DNA from: Octopus vulgaris
Taxonomy: Eukaryota
NCBI GenBank assembly: GCA_951406725.2
Contig: OX597823.1
Location: 73,222,001-73,286,000 of the forward strand
DNA length: 64,000 bases
Reading direction: 5' to 3'
Part shown: piece by piece, positions 1 to 14,595 of the stretch
How the letters are laid out: each line of letters starts with the position of its first letter
How positions within the stretch are numbered: position 1 is the stretch's first letter
The notes under the pieces: model-generated
What the model was told of the DNA's origin: nothing
What the model saw: the letters and a program-made list of their open reading frames with translations, nothing else
Databases searched by the model: none
Translations under genes and position numbers: made by a program

Positions 1-1999
1 TCACCACTTCCTTTAATAAAACTTATATTGAATAATAGAGCGTTTAAGGCTATATTTTGTAGGATAAATCCTATTAATAAATGATAAATGGTCATGATTG
101 CAACATTTTTTTTTTCAATACAGCTAATATACTATTTCTGAATAATACCACAGTTTACTTTAATGCAACGGGAGAAGGCTTCTGCATGGGCCCATGCACT
201 ATCTGACATAGCAAGCTAATTGCCCTCAAATTTGACATCACCTACTTTTAAGGTAACGAAGGATACAATAGTAAATGTAATCCCGTATACAAAACAGACA
301 CGATAATCTTTATAAAAATATGGTTAGTTGGTCGGTTGGTCGGTTTATTGATTTCTAAGTTACGTTGTAGAGAGAAAGGGAATACAGGGGAAGAGGGACA
401 ATTAGTATAAGAGGAACAGTGCAAGTGCACATAGTAGGCTTGGTGGCAAACAATGAGTAAAGAACGCTATAAACGCAAACAGTGAGGCAGAAAGACTCAT
501 AGAAGTATAGTGGGAGGAGGACATGCTGGAAGTGAGGTAGGAGATGGCACAGTTAAATATAAAGGGAGAGGGCAGTCTAAAAAAGGTGCTTTATTATAGC
601 ATAAAAAATATTAGTAGAAATAAAAATAGAAAAGATAGATAGAAATAAAAGATAGATAAAAAAAGTACAGTGAATAAAAGATAGATAAAAAAAAGTACAG
701 TGAATAAAAGATAGAAGGGAACCGAAAGAATGAGTTGGAGGAAAAGCTGATAAATAGAATAGAAAGAGAACAGGCGCAGGAGAGAGAGAAAGTGTGTAGG
801 TGTGAGGGTGAAAGGTCGAAAGTCGATAGGGAAAGGGTAGTCAATAATAAACATATTATGGAAGAAATTAAAGCATTTATTTAAAACTTTATTTGAAAAA
901 TAATAAAAATAGAGGTACAAAGAATAGAGTTATCAATGGAAAAGGTATTTAAACAGTTCGACGTGTAAAGGTTTTATGTTTCTCTCTATAAATCAACGTT
1001 TTATAGAGAGAAATAAACATAAATGGAAATATTTCTGTATCAAATATAAATAGAGAAACAAGTTCGTAATACGTAAAATGAGAATATGAACTGACACATT
1101 CAGAAATACGAGTGTGTGTATGTATTAGATATATACTAACACAAAATATATAAATATATATATGCATACACAAATTCACACACATACATTCACACAGATA
1201 TACACATATCCATGCATACACATACACTCACATCCACATACACACATATATATTAATTTCAATCTAACAAATATTTTTCTATTGAAAATTTACATTCATT
1301 TCATTATATTTTCTAAGCAACAAGAACTTTGATGGAAACTGAATTATGATTTGTATATGTGCGCCATATTTCCTCTTATTAACCTTAGTGGCAAAAGTAT
1401 ACTTCCAAAGTTACCCTTCATATGACAGGTGACTCGTTTGTATATTTAACCACGCTCAAGTCGCCAAGAAACACCTCGATCATTTTTGTGATCATGTTCT
1501 ACTAGCGTGAGGCTGATAAAAATGTTTCGTTTTATATCTACAATCTGATTTCTGGCATTGTTCGTAGTACTAATATTCCACCAATGATCTGGTTGTTGAT
1601 GTTCAGCGAAATGTTTGAACCCTTTATAGTACCTAGTATTATGGAGAGGGAGATAAAAGACAACGTCATAATATATATCCGTGTTTTAAATGGCTACCGT
1701 ATTTCTTCCATGTAAATGTTTAGTTTTAACACGTGATCTTAGATCAAGCCATTGTGAAGCAACAACGAAATGTATGATTGAGTATGCAAGTATCATGGTA
1801 TGTATATGTTGTGTATATGTGTGTGTCTATGACGCGTGCCGTTAACATACAACATTTGAAATGGTGAGGTGAACAACCAATATATCTTTGCAACGTCTTC
1901 ATAGTTTTGATAGGCATAAAGAAAAAATTTCTTACTTTCACTGTTGAAGGCACATTACGAGTAGTAACTGAGTTAATGCTTATAATTTTGGCATTTCCA

Positions 2000-2560
2000 T
2001 GCTTGACCCAGTCTTGATGTGCTAAATCAAGACTCTTCTTCAACTCAAAAGTTTCTCAGATATCAGACAAATGTTGGATCGCATTCAGATCATATAACAT
2101 ACCTATTAGGATGATAACCATAACTGCGACTACAGTTCTCACATAAATAGTCGTTTCACCAGCTTTAGGACATGGATTAATAGTATCATGACTCTGGTGT
2201 TTGATCGCAGCTTTGAATGAAGTTGATCACATCAATAAACGTCACATCTCCCTCCGTTGTAACATATGGACTTTGGATGGGTACCTGTTTAATTATCACT
2301 ACTGGAAATCGAAAAGTAACCAAAAGCTTCTCATTTATTAGATGACGCGGCACGCCAATCATCTACAGGCACTCAGGGTACCGATAACATATTTCTGTGC
2401 ATCCCCTAACACTTTCTCCAAATAAACCAATTTAAACTATCTGGATATTGCATATGTCCCAAACAACATCAAACATAATCTTTTGTGTCAATAGAATCAT
2501 CCCATGGTAATAGTTGTTCTTGGTGCGTGGATCATTATATCAGAATCATGACGTTATTCT
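2000..2560 (-). pseudogene. Decayed DNA-transposon protein fragment, XPG/PIN-like domain of the kind found in Academ transposons
   Basis: Minus-strand translation across frameshifts gives DVVWDI..YPDSL and KAGETTIYVRTV..V.IILIG, resembling the DVVWD.Y..DSLK and IRTVDTDVVVI motifs of that domain. Many stops. Confidence 0.4.
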
Positions 2561-3813
2561 TCTTTGATCGTGACCTCCAGAGAGTATGCCAATGAAATCT
2601 TACATGCATTAATTTAATGAAACACTCTAAACGTTTATTCAGTAGATGAGTAAAATAAGATTCCAATATTATTGTCTTTTACTTAGTATGTATGTGAAGT
2701 TAACCAATTGCACTGATGTAAACGGAGAAGATACTAACAGCAAAAAAAAAAAAGAAAATTGCGATAGACGCAAATCTACGCTGATATACCTGCACATACA
2801 CACTCATAGACTAAACTTACATAGCATTAGTCGACCACAGATTTTGGTGGAACCGAACCGGTAACCATGTTGCAATAAACGAACATCTTACTCAGTTATA
2901 CATTGCTTAATTTTAAATCAATTTTTCTGAATCCTCTACAACAATTCTTTAAAGCAAGACTATATTTCATCAAAATATCACGAACATACACGAAACGTCT
3001 TGTGATATTTTCTGTAATTTCAAAATAATTTTCAGCAATATTTTATGCTCTAAATGTTGTGTCAATGTTTTAAACATTAACGAAAATGTAATCCAATATT
3101 AAGTGTAATAACATTCCATACAGCAAATCCAGTACGACTGTAATATGTTTACCCCAGAAGTGAGTGAAAGAGGTATTAAGTGTTTTGAAATTTGCAATTC
3201 CAGAAACAGTGAACCGAAAGAAAGAAGGTGCAGTGGTATACCAGGTGTGTCTGGCTATAGTTAAAGAAGGAGAGACTGCAATTTATGAGAATAAAGTCAT
3301 TTGGTGAGTCAGTTTTTGACAGTCAGTCAAATAGCCCTTTGTTTTATTTTTGTATGGACGGTTTAAGATGTTTATGTGTAACAATAGCACTGCATCACAA
3401 TTATGAGCAGCACCTTAATATTGATCTTATTTGAGTGTAGTAGCGCTGATCAGAGCTAAAGTAATTGCAATGCGTACGAGAAAAAGCAGTCTCTGTAGTG
3501 TTGTGTTGACAATGTTTAATACATGAGGACGCCATGTACTATCAACTAAGGTTTTGAGATGCAGCATTTGTAGTGAATTTAAGTGTTTCGGTTTAGTCTC
3601 GTTCCAATAAAGAGAGACTGAAGAAGGAAATATTTCATGATATGGGTAACTACTATATCGTTGTCCCGTCCAAATATATTAGGATGCTATGAAGCTTTTC
3701 ATCCATAGTTGTAGTTTAGGTCTAGTTTAAAGTGTTTACATTGCATATATAAGACTGCAAGTACGTGTATGTGTGTGTGTGAGTCTGTGTGTGTATTTGC
3801 GTGTATGTATCAC

Positions 3814-3814
<1 letters not shown>

Positions 3815-3889
<75 letters not shown>

Positions 3890-3908
3890 TGATTGATTTA
3901 TTGATTGA
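3815..3908. repeat. (GATA)n/(GATT)n microsatellite
   Basis: Direct reading. Confidence 0.95.
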
Positions 3909-4239
3909 TTTGTTTCTTTATTAGCCACAGAGGGCTGGACACAGACGGGACAAATTACAAAATAGAGCTTTTCTTTTTGTGGAGAAAAAAAAATGGGGCA
4001 GGTTTTCGATCAAAAGGGATCGTAGAAAGGAAAAAAAAGAAAAGAAAAAAGACGATCAATAGAAATCGTGTATCACAGAAATTTTATGATGTAAAGGGGG
4101 AAGGGGAAAGCAGATAAGGTTTATCCATGGAAAGAAAAGCCTACAGAAAAGACCACGGTAACCTCGGTCATTAATGTCACATGTTGACACATTTATTTGC
4201 AAGTAAGTAACTCTGTTTTAATTTTTTCCGGGTTCATAG
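3909..4239 (-). mobile_element. 5'-truncated 3' end of a non-LTR retroelement inserted in a (GATA)n tract
   Basis: Reverse complement ends GTCCCGTCTGTGTCCAGCCCTCTGTGGCTAATAAAGAAAC, the same tail architecture as the ORF1-only elements at 44.7-49.4 kb. (GATA)n lies on both sides. Confidence 0.6.
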
Positions 4240-4424
<185 letters not shown>

Positions 4425-5002
4425 AATCACACAATAGTAAAGAAGAGCACGGTACTGTTTCATGCTTTTCCGAAAGTGTTTACAAGAATCTTAAATATAT
4501 CTATGACTAGACGTTGTACTTCTATGGTTTACATATGAATGTTACCTGCTGAAAGTTTGTAAACAAAAATCCTATGTGTTAGACGGATGGTTTGGTAATG
4601 GATGCTTAATCTGCTCTGTTTGTTGTGACAGCCTACATTGTTATAGCATTATAACATCAAGACATCGCTAGATCAGGACGTTTAACAGCTTTGATGTAGG
4701 TTTTATAAATTTTGGACAACTGTTCGGTGATCGATTGGATATTTACTGAAGCAGAATGTCTGGTAGTTGTTGCCAAGGTGTATTACACAATGAACAATGC
4801 AATAGACTTTAACTTCATTCACCAAAAGACATTCGCGTGTATTGAAGAAAATAAAGAAGCGTTGGTTGTTGAAATTTTTGTGATCAGATCTATTTTGGAA
4901 TGATAGATCCCTGCATTGTAAGAAGCTTGGTTTCGGGGTCAGTCTCCGGCCGATTAAAAGCCCTGTGAGTAGATTTGGTAGTCGAAAACTGAGAGAACGT
5001 CG

Positions 5003-5041
<39 letters not shown>

Positions 5042-5204
5042 GTATGTATGTATGTATGCATGCATGTATTTAATTAGAGGATATGTGAACCTCATGAAGG
5101 GATGATTTCATCCAAGGAAATACTGGTTCAATACCTAGTACTTTGGGGGTAATGAATTTCCTTAAAATAATAGGTATATATAAAAATTTAGTTTGTATTC
5201 ACTT

Positions 5205-5606
5205 AAAAGAACAAAAGAAAATGGAGATTAGAAGATTAATAATTGTTTCTTATTAACAGCGAATTTATCATCTTCACCTACATTTGTTTCAATTAATGCT
5301 CAATAAACATTATATTCATATTAATGCGAGATGAGTACAATATCATCAGAAGCAAAAAAAGATGTATATTTGTATGTTATATGCGTGCTAATGAATTCAT
5401 CTCTGTTCTCTAAAATGAATTCTTAAGCACACATATAACGTTCAAATGTACATCTTTTCTCCCCGCTGATGATATGGTACTCATCTCACTTTAATGTAAA
5501 TTTAATGTTTATTGATCATTAATTGAAGCGGATTTAAGTGAAGTTGGCCAATTTGCTGTTAATAATAAATAATTAACCTCTTAATCTGTTTTCTTTTCTT
5601 CTTTTA
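5205..5606. repeat. Long degenerate inverted repeat (about 190-bp arms, centre near 5405)
   Basis: GAGATGAGTACAATATCATCAG pairs with CTGATGATATGGTACTCATCTC; TCAATAAACATTA pairs with TAATGTTTATTGA; TTATTAACAGC pairs with GCTGTTAATAA. Confidence 0.8.
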
Positions 5607-5628
5607 ATTATATCTATATCTATATCTG

Positions 5629-6046
5629 CTTCTTTACTACCCACAAGGGGCTAAACACAGAGGGGACAAACAAGGACAGACAAGCGGATTAAGTCGATTA
5701 CATCGACCCCAGTGTGTAACTGGTACTCAATTTATCGACCCCGAAATGATGAAAGGCAAAGTTGACGTCGGTGGAATTTGAACTCAGAACGTAACGGCAG
5801 ACGAAATACCTATTTCTTTACTACCCACAAGGGGCTAAACACAGAGAGGACAAACAAAGACAGACAAACAAACAGATTAAGTCGATTACATCAACCCCAG
5901 TACGAAACTGGTACTTTATTTATCGACCCCTAAAGGATGAAAGGCAAAGTCGACCTCGGCGGAATTTGAACTCAGAACGTAGCGGCAGACGAAATACCGC
6001 TAAGCATTTCGCCCGGCGTGTTAACGTTTCTGCTAACTCGCCGCCC
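5629..6046 (-). mobile_element. Head-to-tail pair of SINE family A (tail ...GCCCCTTGTGGGTAGTAAAGAAAT)
   Basis: Body TCGACCCCGAAAGGATGAAAGGCAAAGTCGACCTCGGCGGAATTTGAACTCAGAACG recurs many times in the window. B-box-like GAGTTCAAATTCC on the minus strand. Confidence 0.85.
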
Positions 6047-6330
<284 letters not shown>

Positions 6331-8519
6331 GTATATATGTATGTGAGTGTATGCGTGTGTGCAACTGTGACTATGTTTGAGCCTCCTACACACTTTTTGA
6401 ACCGGTACTTGTGTGTTTACTTCCCCGTAACTTAGTGGTTCAACAGAAATTCTTCAAGGCGATACCCCAACATAACCGCAGTTTAATGAGTGAAACAAGT
6501 AAAAGATAAAAGATAAAAGAAACACTAGTTTATGTGTTGATATATCTGTCTATACCTGTGTTAAGTGTTGACTATCGTGATTACAGTGATGAAGAAAGGT
6601 AACTTCTAATCAGTTGAGATTGCAGCCGTAATTAGAAAAAATGTCAGTAACTTTAATGGACATTAATCTCCAAACTTTTCTAGCTTTAATAACTTTAATT
6701 AACACTAATCTGCAAAGAAGTGAGAACCTCCTCAAAATGCCATTAGACCAAACATTGAATGGAGTTTTGCAGGGTGAGAATTTGATCTTTGGTAGTTATG
6801 CTCAAAACTCTGACCACGTTTTGTTCTTGTTCGATCTAAAATTAATATAATACTCAGAACTATCAAGACCTGAGAACGATGATTAGACATGTATCTTAAA
6901 TAACATAAAATTCAATGATGTAACAAATGAAAATAATAACACTGGTAAATCTCCCTAGGGTGTTTTCTGCGACGGCGCAATTAGCAAATTACTCCTACCC
7001 CAAAATACTATATATTTTAGATCTTTTGGAAACTTTTCTTTCCATTGTGTTCCGTTGTGGAGGCCTAATAAGACTAAAACTTGTCGAAAGTTATCATCGT
7101 AATTACTAGTGATGGGAATCAACTTCTACACATTCCACATGGTGTGTGCTTTGAAAGTAATATTCATCAACTTAAGCAACTTTAACAACTTTACTCCACG
7201 TTACGTTTTAATTTCAATGGTTTGAAAATTATTTTGTCTCACCATATTGAGTATGGAAGCATGCAATTGTCTCTATGTTCTTCATTAGAAGACACTCTTG
7301 GAAAATGCTACAATGTAATTGTATCAATTTTTCAAGCTATGTGGCCGTGTTTAGGAATGGCCATAGACATACGTAACCTGTGAATGCAAACTGATTGACA
7401 AGGCTTTTTATGCAGATATTTGTAATTTCTGGGAGAATGTCAGCGAAATTAAAGAGTTACAAACAGGAATTGAAATCTAGTTGTGGTTTTATTTCACCAA
7501 ATTGCTGTTGTAATTATTCCGTCCGTAAATTTCTGCTTTTTCAGCCGTCCTGTTATCACAGCTAATATGTCCGCTACCAACCTGTCTCTAGGCTTATGTA
7601 ATACTGCATAACTCAACGTTTCTTTCCTTAGTGAAATATGGGAATGATGTAGATGAAAATTCGAGACCTTTCTATGGGGATAACTAAAAAGTAATCCATA
7701 ATTTTGAGATTAAACGATAACTTTACGCTGTTAAGATTACTTATAATGTTATAAAACTTACAGACTGTTGTATTTATACTGTTAGAAGGAAATAACAATA
7801 AGAAATGTTAACAGTTTATAAAACGAGGAAACGCTGCACACAATATCTCTGTTGATGGGAAGCATAATCATCGTTGCCGTTTCTATATTTTTCATTTATT
7901 AAAGCAGCAGGTAAACTATAGAATGGAATGTATAAAATCTAATGAACCATGAAGACAGAGCTGTCGACATACTTGTCCTTGCATTGACGAATGCGACTTA
8001 ATCTGAAAGATCATATTTTCTTGACGTCATTTACTTCGACCGGAAATCCTACGTACAGCAATAAATTGGATGATGTATATCTTATCAGCCATATTGGAAT
8101 AAAGTGTAAAGTTGGCCTTGAAAGGATTACAGCGTTGAGCGAAAACAAGTATAACTAAATACTATAACACATATTCTCCCTCCTGCGGCTCAGTGGAAAG
8201 TGTAAAAGTAAATAAAACAAAGGCAGCTGCGGGAGTCAAGCATAAAGTATGTTACTGTTGTCATCGGAGCATTGTGTTCAATACCACACAACGTGAAGAA
8301 ATATTTGGGTACTTTATAAATATCCTACAATCTTGGAGTATTGCAAAAATCGGTTTTACTTGGAACTGAATGCATTTTACGTAAAGTACTGACTGTCTGA
8401 GGTCCTTGTTGTGATTTGATAGTACAAATCCCCGGTACACACAATATCTTAAGTTGAGAATATCACAATACTAGTTACTATGCGATGTCTTATAATATGA
8501 TCATAGTGCTATACGCACA

Positions 8520-8650
8520 AGGTAGGTGGATAATTGATTACATCGACCCCTGTATTCGGCTGGTACTTGTTTCATTGACCCCGAAAGGACGAAAGGCAAA
8601 GTCGACTTCAGAGGAATTTAAACGCACAGCCTAAAGACGGAGGAAATGTT
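8520..8650 (-). mobile_element. SINE family A fragment
   Basis: Same body as 5629-6046. Confidence 0.75.
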
Positions 8651-8858
8651 ACGGTACCAGGACCTAGCTATTGAGTTACAACGACTATGGGAACGTACGG
8701 AGAAACGTATTCCTGTAGTTATAGGTATATTAGTAACTACCCCTAAAGATTTGAACAGATGGATAGAGGAAATACGCATAAAACCTAGTTCGATGCACCG
8801 CTAGGAAACAGTGTTATTACAGACAGAAAGGATGCTTAGAAAAGTTCTTAGCATCTAA
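8651..8858 (+). pseudogene. C-terminal end of an R4/Dong-like non-LTR retrotransposon ORF (restriction-like endonuclease clade)
   Basis: Translates as RYQDLAIELQRLWE..RIPVVIGIL..TPKDL....ETVLLQTERMLRKVLSI*, matching the KY.DL..EL.RLW...IP.VIGALG..P....QK..LL.TARILRKVL terminus of these elements. Confidence 0.75.
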
Positions 8859-9360
8859 AGTTTTTTTTGTAGCCCGATGTTAGAATTTGTTTTCTTTTCC
8901 AACAGTTTTATCTGCTGCGCGTATATGAAATAATAAAAATGTTTTTATTATTAACTTCAGGGTTTAGGAAAACACAAAGTACGATGAGCGTTTAAGAAAG
9001 GACATATAACAACTTGTTTAATGAGAAAAATAGTTATACAAAGACAACGGGAGGGACGAAAAGCGTTATGCAAATATAATACAGAAAAGTTAGCAATTTA
9101 TAAAATAAAATAATTATACAGGAACAAAAGACATATTTAATAAATCCCACAATAATTTTAAAATGATGAAATTAATAAGAAATATAGGATGAAAAATATT
9201 TAGGATTCATCTCACATATAGAAGAAAAACTGCACACAAAATTGAGTCAGAGTACACGAGTTCCAATTGCCCATCATTGCTGCTGCTGTCTCGTACATCC
9301 AAAAAATATTCTTTTGCAGTTTTTGAATTTGGTCGGAGTAGATAACATATTGTAATATCT

Positions 9361-9540
9361 TATTTCTTTTTTGCCCACAAGGGGTTAAAAATAAAGGGGA
9401 CAAACAAGGACAAAAGGGATTAAGTCGATTACATCGACCCCAGTGCGCAACAGGCACTTAATTTATCGACCCCGAAAGGATGAAAGGCAAAGTCGACCTC
9501 GGCGGAATTTTGAACTCAGAACGTAGCGGCAGACGAAATC
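9361..9540 (-). mobile_element. SINE family A, 5'-truncated
   Basis: Same body and tail as 5629-6046. Confidence 0.85.
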
Positions 9541-10139
9541 ACCACTGGAACTCTAACGATAGGAAGTATATGAGTGAGAATTTTAAAAAATGTAAAACAG
9601 CATCAAAAGCCCTGGTCTAAATGCAGAAGCCATAGTTGGAATTTAGCTGTACACAGTTAATGCGTAACTACAAATACCGTTAAACAAAATAGTGAAAAAT
9701 AACAAGTTAGAGACCAGACAGACATTCAGTACAATGAAACAATCAACATCGCTAGTTCTGGCTGGCAAGTGCTTTCAACGTCTGTGTATATTCAGTGTTA
9801 TGCCAATAGGCAACATATTGAATATTCAATATGAAAAAGATAATAAACTGTATATGCTTGTAGCAAACATGGTACATGACAGCAATGTGATCACAACCAT
9901 CTGTCCACACTGACGAGATCAAGGAAATCCATTCAGCTATAATTATTAAGCAATAAATTAAAATCTTAATGCCCTGGAAAATATTTCAATATCTTCTGAT
10001 CGAGATATCACCTTGGAGGAAGCCGGCAAACAGCCAAGGATGTTGAGACTGAAAATTAGGATGCAGAGTATAAAAGTGAAAGTATCTATAAAAATCGAAG
10101 CACTTGCCATGACTAAGAATAAAACAAACAACAAATCTT

Positions 10140-10545
10140 ATTTCTTTATTGTCCACAAGGGGTTAAATATACAGGTGACAAACAAGAACAAAGGGATTAA
10201 GTCGATTACATCGATCCCATTGCGTAACTGATACTCATTTAATCGATCCCGAAAGGATCAAATGCAAAGTCGACCCCGGCGGAATTTGAACTCAGAACGT
10301 AGTTGCAGACGAAATACTTTATTTCTATTTCTTTACAACCCACAAGTGGCTAAATATAGAGGAGACAAACAAGGACAGACAAACGGATTAAGTCGATTCC
10401 ATCGACCCCAGTGCTTAACTGGTACTTAGTTTATCGACCCCGAAAGGATGAAAGGCAAAGTCGACCTCGGCGAAATTTGAACTCACATCGTAACGGTAGA
10501 CGAAATACTGCTAAGCATTTCGCCCGGTGTGCTAACGTTTCTGCC
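10140..10545 (-). mobile_element. Head-to-tail pair of SINE family A
   Basis: Two bodies joined at GACGAAATAC, the same junction point as near 5810. Confidence 0.85.
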
Positions 10546-10613
10546 AAATCTTACTAAGTCACGTTACTCAACTCACCGTTACAATAATAGCTGTGCTAAG
10601 CACTACTACACAC

Positions 10614-11588
10614 TACGTGGCTGGGCTGAAAAGTTCATAGGCTGACTATGAAGTGGCGATGCTTGAGTTGTGGAATCTTGCATTATTAATTTCAACTTTT
10701 CTTATTGATAATTCCATCGTTTATTTCCCGATGAACAGAAGTCTAACTGTTCAAAGAAGACTTCAAAACCACATAGTAGCGACTTATCTTGAAAATAAAC
10801 AAAATTTGGCAACATGATGTTATCAATTACTTTCAGAAAACCCGTTTAGTTCCCGAGTTCATTCATACTGACATGCTTGCTACATTAAGGTATGAACTCT
10901 AGCTTTATCAACAGTACAAAAGTGGGCAGTTGAATATCAGAGGGGAAAGGAAAGACTTGAAGATGACCCAAGGTCTGGAAATCCTACAACTGATATTGAT
11001 TGTGTTCACCACAGGTGATTGGCTATAATTCAAATATTACTATGTCTCGTGTGAGAATTGAAGATATTCTGCACAATGAACTTTGCATGTCGGAGGTTTC
11101 TGATCGGTGGGTGCTAAATCTTCTGATAAATAGTCAAAAGCACACCAGGCTGATTACATCACGGGAAAATCTGTCATTGCTTCAGGCATATCCAGCTGGT
11201 TTCCCTGGACGTTTCCTGACCCTGTGTGAGTGTTGATTTCATCACTTTCAGGCAGAAAGCGGTTTTCAATCGCTGCTACGCGTGACTGTGACTTTGAAAT
11301 GGTTTATCCCCACTCCCTATTTTCCTGATTTGGCCCCATCTGACTATTATTTGTTCCACAGCATAAGAAAACACATAGCTAGGAATCAGTATTGCAGTGA
11401 TGATGACGACATATCTGCTGAAGACCACGTTTTTGACAGGATGAAAGTTCGTTCACCGATGTGATTCAAGCACTGCAACACTGATGAAGAAGTATGTGCG
11501 CAGCAAGGGCGACTATGTTGAAAAATAAACATCATTTGGTTACATTCCATGTGAATATCTTGGTCAGCCTATTCAGTCGACCCTTACA
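10614..11588 (+). mobile_element. Decayed mariner (Tc1/mariner) transposon
   Basis: Imperfect terminal inverted repeats (AAAAGTTCATAGGCTGAC / GTCAGCCTATTCAG). Transposase motifs DRWVLNLL..SQK (WVP motif) and PYFPDLAPSDYYLF (YSPDLAPSD motif). Confidence 0.85.
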
Positions 11589-11747
11589 AGCAGGGAAATT
11601 CAATCAAGTTAGAACAGTTGTACACAACTGAGACATCTAATAACGATCTAATACACATCTAATAAAAATAAACCTATAACACATAAAATGTATTACACAA
11701 ACCAAATGCACCCTAGATACAAACATTATCATTAATCCACTAGATTA

Positions 11748-12150
11748 AGGCGCAGGAGTGGCTGTGTGGTAAGTAGCTTGCTAACCAACCATATGGTTCC
11801 GGGTTCAGTCCCACAGCGTGGCATCTTGGGCAAGAGTCTTCTGCTATAGCCCCGGGCCGACCAAAACCTTGTGAGTGGATTTGGTAGACGGAAACTGAAA
11901 GAAGCCTGTCGTATATATGCATATATATATATATGCGTGTGTGTGTTTGTTTGTTTGTCCCCCTAGCATTGCTTGGCAACCGATGTTGGTGTGTTTACGT
12001 CCCCGTCACTTAGCGGTTCGGCAAAAGAGACCGATATAATAAGTACTGGGCTTACAAAGAATAAGTCCCGGGGTCGATTTGCTCGACTAAAGGCGGTGCT
12101 GCAGCATGGCCGCAATCAAATGACTAAAACAAAAAACAAGTAAAAAAGTA
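11748..12150 (+). mobile_element. Near full-length SINE family B (tRNA-like head, CORE-like CTTGGGCAAG, tail GGCGGTGCTCCAGCATGGCC)
   Basis: A/B-box-like head TGGCTGTGTGG...GGTTCAGTCCC. Homologous copies at 15361, 29576 and 55927. Confidence 0.85.
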
Positions 12151-12249
12151 GATGTAGTAGTCGTAAAGGTTGCGTTATACAGATGGTATAAACGATTACC
12201 GGTATAAACGATTACTGTTTTATTAATAATGCCATTCGTTCTATGTATT

Positions 12250-13950
12250 CGCCAACGGTCAAAGGTAGGAATTTTTTCACAAATTATCTACTCCGTCTTT
12301 CATGCCGACTATACCTTGGTAGTAGCACATGCCTCCCTCATATACATCATGTATCCGTTGAAACAATGAATATCAAGAAATGTTGTATAGTTCTAACAGC
12401 AGCCACAAGTGAACTGCCATGAAAATTACCACACAGATCCTTTAGCCCTGATTTATACAAGGAGACTAAAAGGGTATGAATCCAGTCTTGAGACTCTTTC
12501 TGAGTTTTCCAACAGTGACAAATTAATATTTAAAAGTTCAAACATTTTGTCACCTCCATATTTGAAGACTTCTGCTCAGATTCCATCAGCGCCAAATAAA
12601 TGCCATTTAGAGTTGGTTCAAATGCCGTCTATTCTATAACTGGAAAGTGTTCGACTTTTTTCTATCATCCCTATGTTAGCGTATGACGGTCTATTCTAAA
12701 GTACAGAAAATGTCCTACCCAGCGCTTATAAATAGAAGCCATCTCAGTCAGAAGCAAACGCTCATTTGCTCTTCGCATTGGAGCTATTGAAGATGATTTC
12801 AGGTCATATACCTCCTTAACATAAGGTTACAAACCCTTGGCATCATTTCAGCTGCTTCTTGTGACCCTTCTGCTCTATCATTCCACCATTCCTGCTTATT
12901 TTTTCTTAGAGCAGTCTGCCTTTCCCTTTGAACTTTCAGTAAGCTTCATTTGAGTTGGGGTTCAAAGGCTGAGAAAGAAGTGTATTGCTTAAGTTTTGTT
13001 TTTCTAAAATTAGATCAGGAATTTCCGCTGATCTAAGAACCAGTTACCGGGCTTACATGATTTAAATTCCAGTTACGAAATTGCAGCCTGAAGTACTTTT
13101 GTTTTGGAATCTCACGGATTGTTTGGATCAAGATTGATACTTTCTACAGCATCGTGGAATCTTTGCAAGTTGCTTGATAATTTAAAGTTTGCAACGTTTA
13201 ACTTTTTGGGTACTTTAGGACCAGACAGTCGATTTTTAGGCATTATCGAAAAACTTATTTTTCCACGCACTAGACGGTGGTCAGTCAGGCTCTCTGCTTT
13301 TCTCATGGCCCGAACGCTAGAAAAGTCTTTCATATCACGTTTTCTGATCAAAATATATACTACGGGATGCCTGTGCAACAAGGTGGTTTTATATTATTTT
13401 TCTGCTTAAACAGAGTGTTGGTAACAACTAGATTATTTTCAGTACAAAACGTCAAAAGAGCTGTTCTATTTTTATTACATGTTTTAATCCCATGTCGACT
13501 TAAAACAGGTCATGAAACATAGTCCTTTCCAACTCTTGCGTTGAAATCTCCCAATATAATCAGCTTCTCATAAATTGGTACTTTCCTCAACATTTGTGCT
13601 AGATCATCATAAAGCTGTCCTACAGTTTCATTAGAATGGGACATTGTTGATGCATAAAAACTGACAACGGCAAGGAACCTAACTTTTGTCAGTTTAATAC
13701 GGCATGACAAGGTTCGTTCAGATACACCACTTGGGAATTCTGCAATTGAGAATACTAATGAATTCTTGCGAGCAAACCCAACACCAGATTCTCTATGCTG
13801 ACCCTTAGGTAGGCCTCTTTAAAAAATAGTATATCCATAAGTAGATTCATTTGCTTGACCCTCACCAGAGAGACGAGTTTCAGAGAGCGCAACTATATCA
13901 ACGGAATATTACATAAGCTGACATACAATAAATGCAGTACGCCTTTCTGG
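12250..13950 (-). mobile_element. Decayed RTE-like LINE, apurinic endonuclease region
   Basis: Minus-strand fragments SFYASTM, LIILGDFNARVGKD and LTDHRLVR are APE endonuclease motifs. Frameshifted. Confidence 0.8.
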
Positions 13951-14078
13951 CCTCTTGTTGAAATTATCATCAAGGGGAGTGCGCAAATTCTAACAGCCAA
14001 AATTCAAAGGATGTCCTTTCAAAGCCAAGATTTAAAGGATGTTTATTCAAAACATGTTTGTATATATATATATATACA

Positions 14079-14330
14079 TGGTCTCTTTATTGTCTTTCTA
14101 TTTTTTGTTTTTCCTGTCCGTCTTCGCATCGCCTATCTGTCCGGATGTTGCGTTCTTGTTACATGTTTTAGAGTTATATATATATATATATATATGTGTA
14201 TGTATATATATGAATCCAAAACATGTAAACAGAAGACAATGATAACAGACGACAATAATACATCCGGACAGATAGGCGATGCGAAGACGGACAGGATAAA
14301 CAATAAAAAATAAAAAGACAATAAGAAGAT
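14079..14330. repeat. Inverted repeat around a (TA)n spacer
   Basis: TCCTGTCCGTCTTCGCATCGCCTATCTGTCCGGATGT and its exact reverse complement ACATCCGGACAGATAGGCGATGCGAAGACGGACAGGA. Confidence 0.9.
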
Positions 14331-14520
14331 AATGTGTATATATATATATATAGGCATATTTGTATGTAGGTATGTATATATGTATGTATGGATCTATCTA
14401 TCTATCTATCTATCTACACAAACACACAGATGCGTGTATATAAAATATATATAAACTGTATAATAAAGATAGATAGATAGAGAGATAGAGAGATATATAG
14501 ATAAATAGATAGATATATAA

Positions 14521-14595
<75 letters not shown>

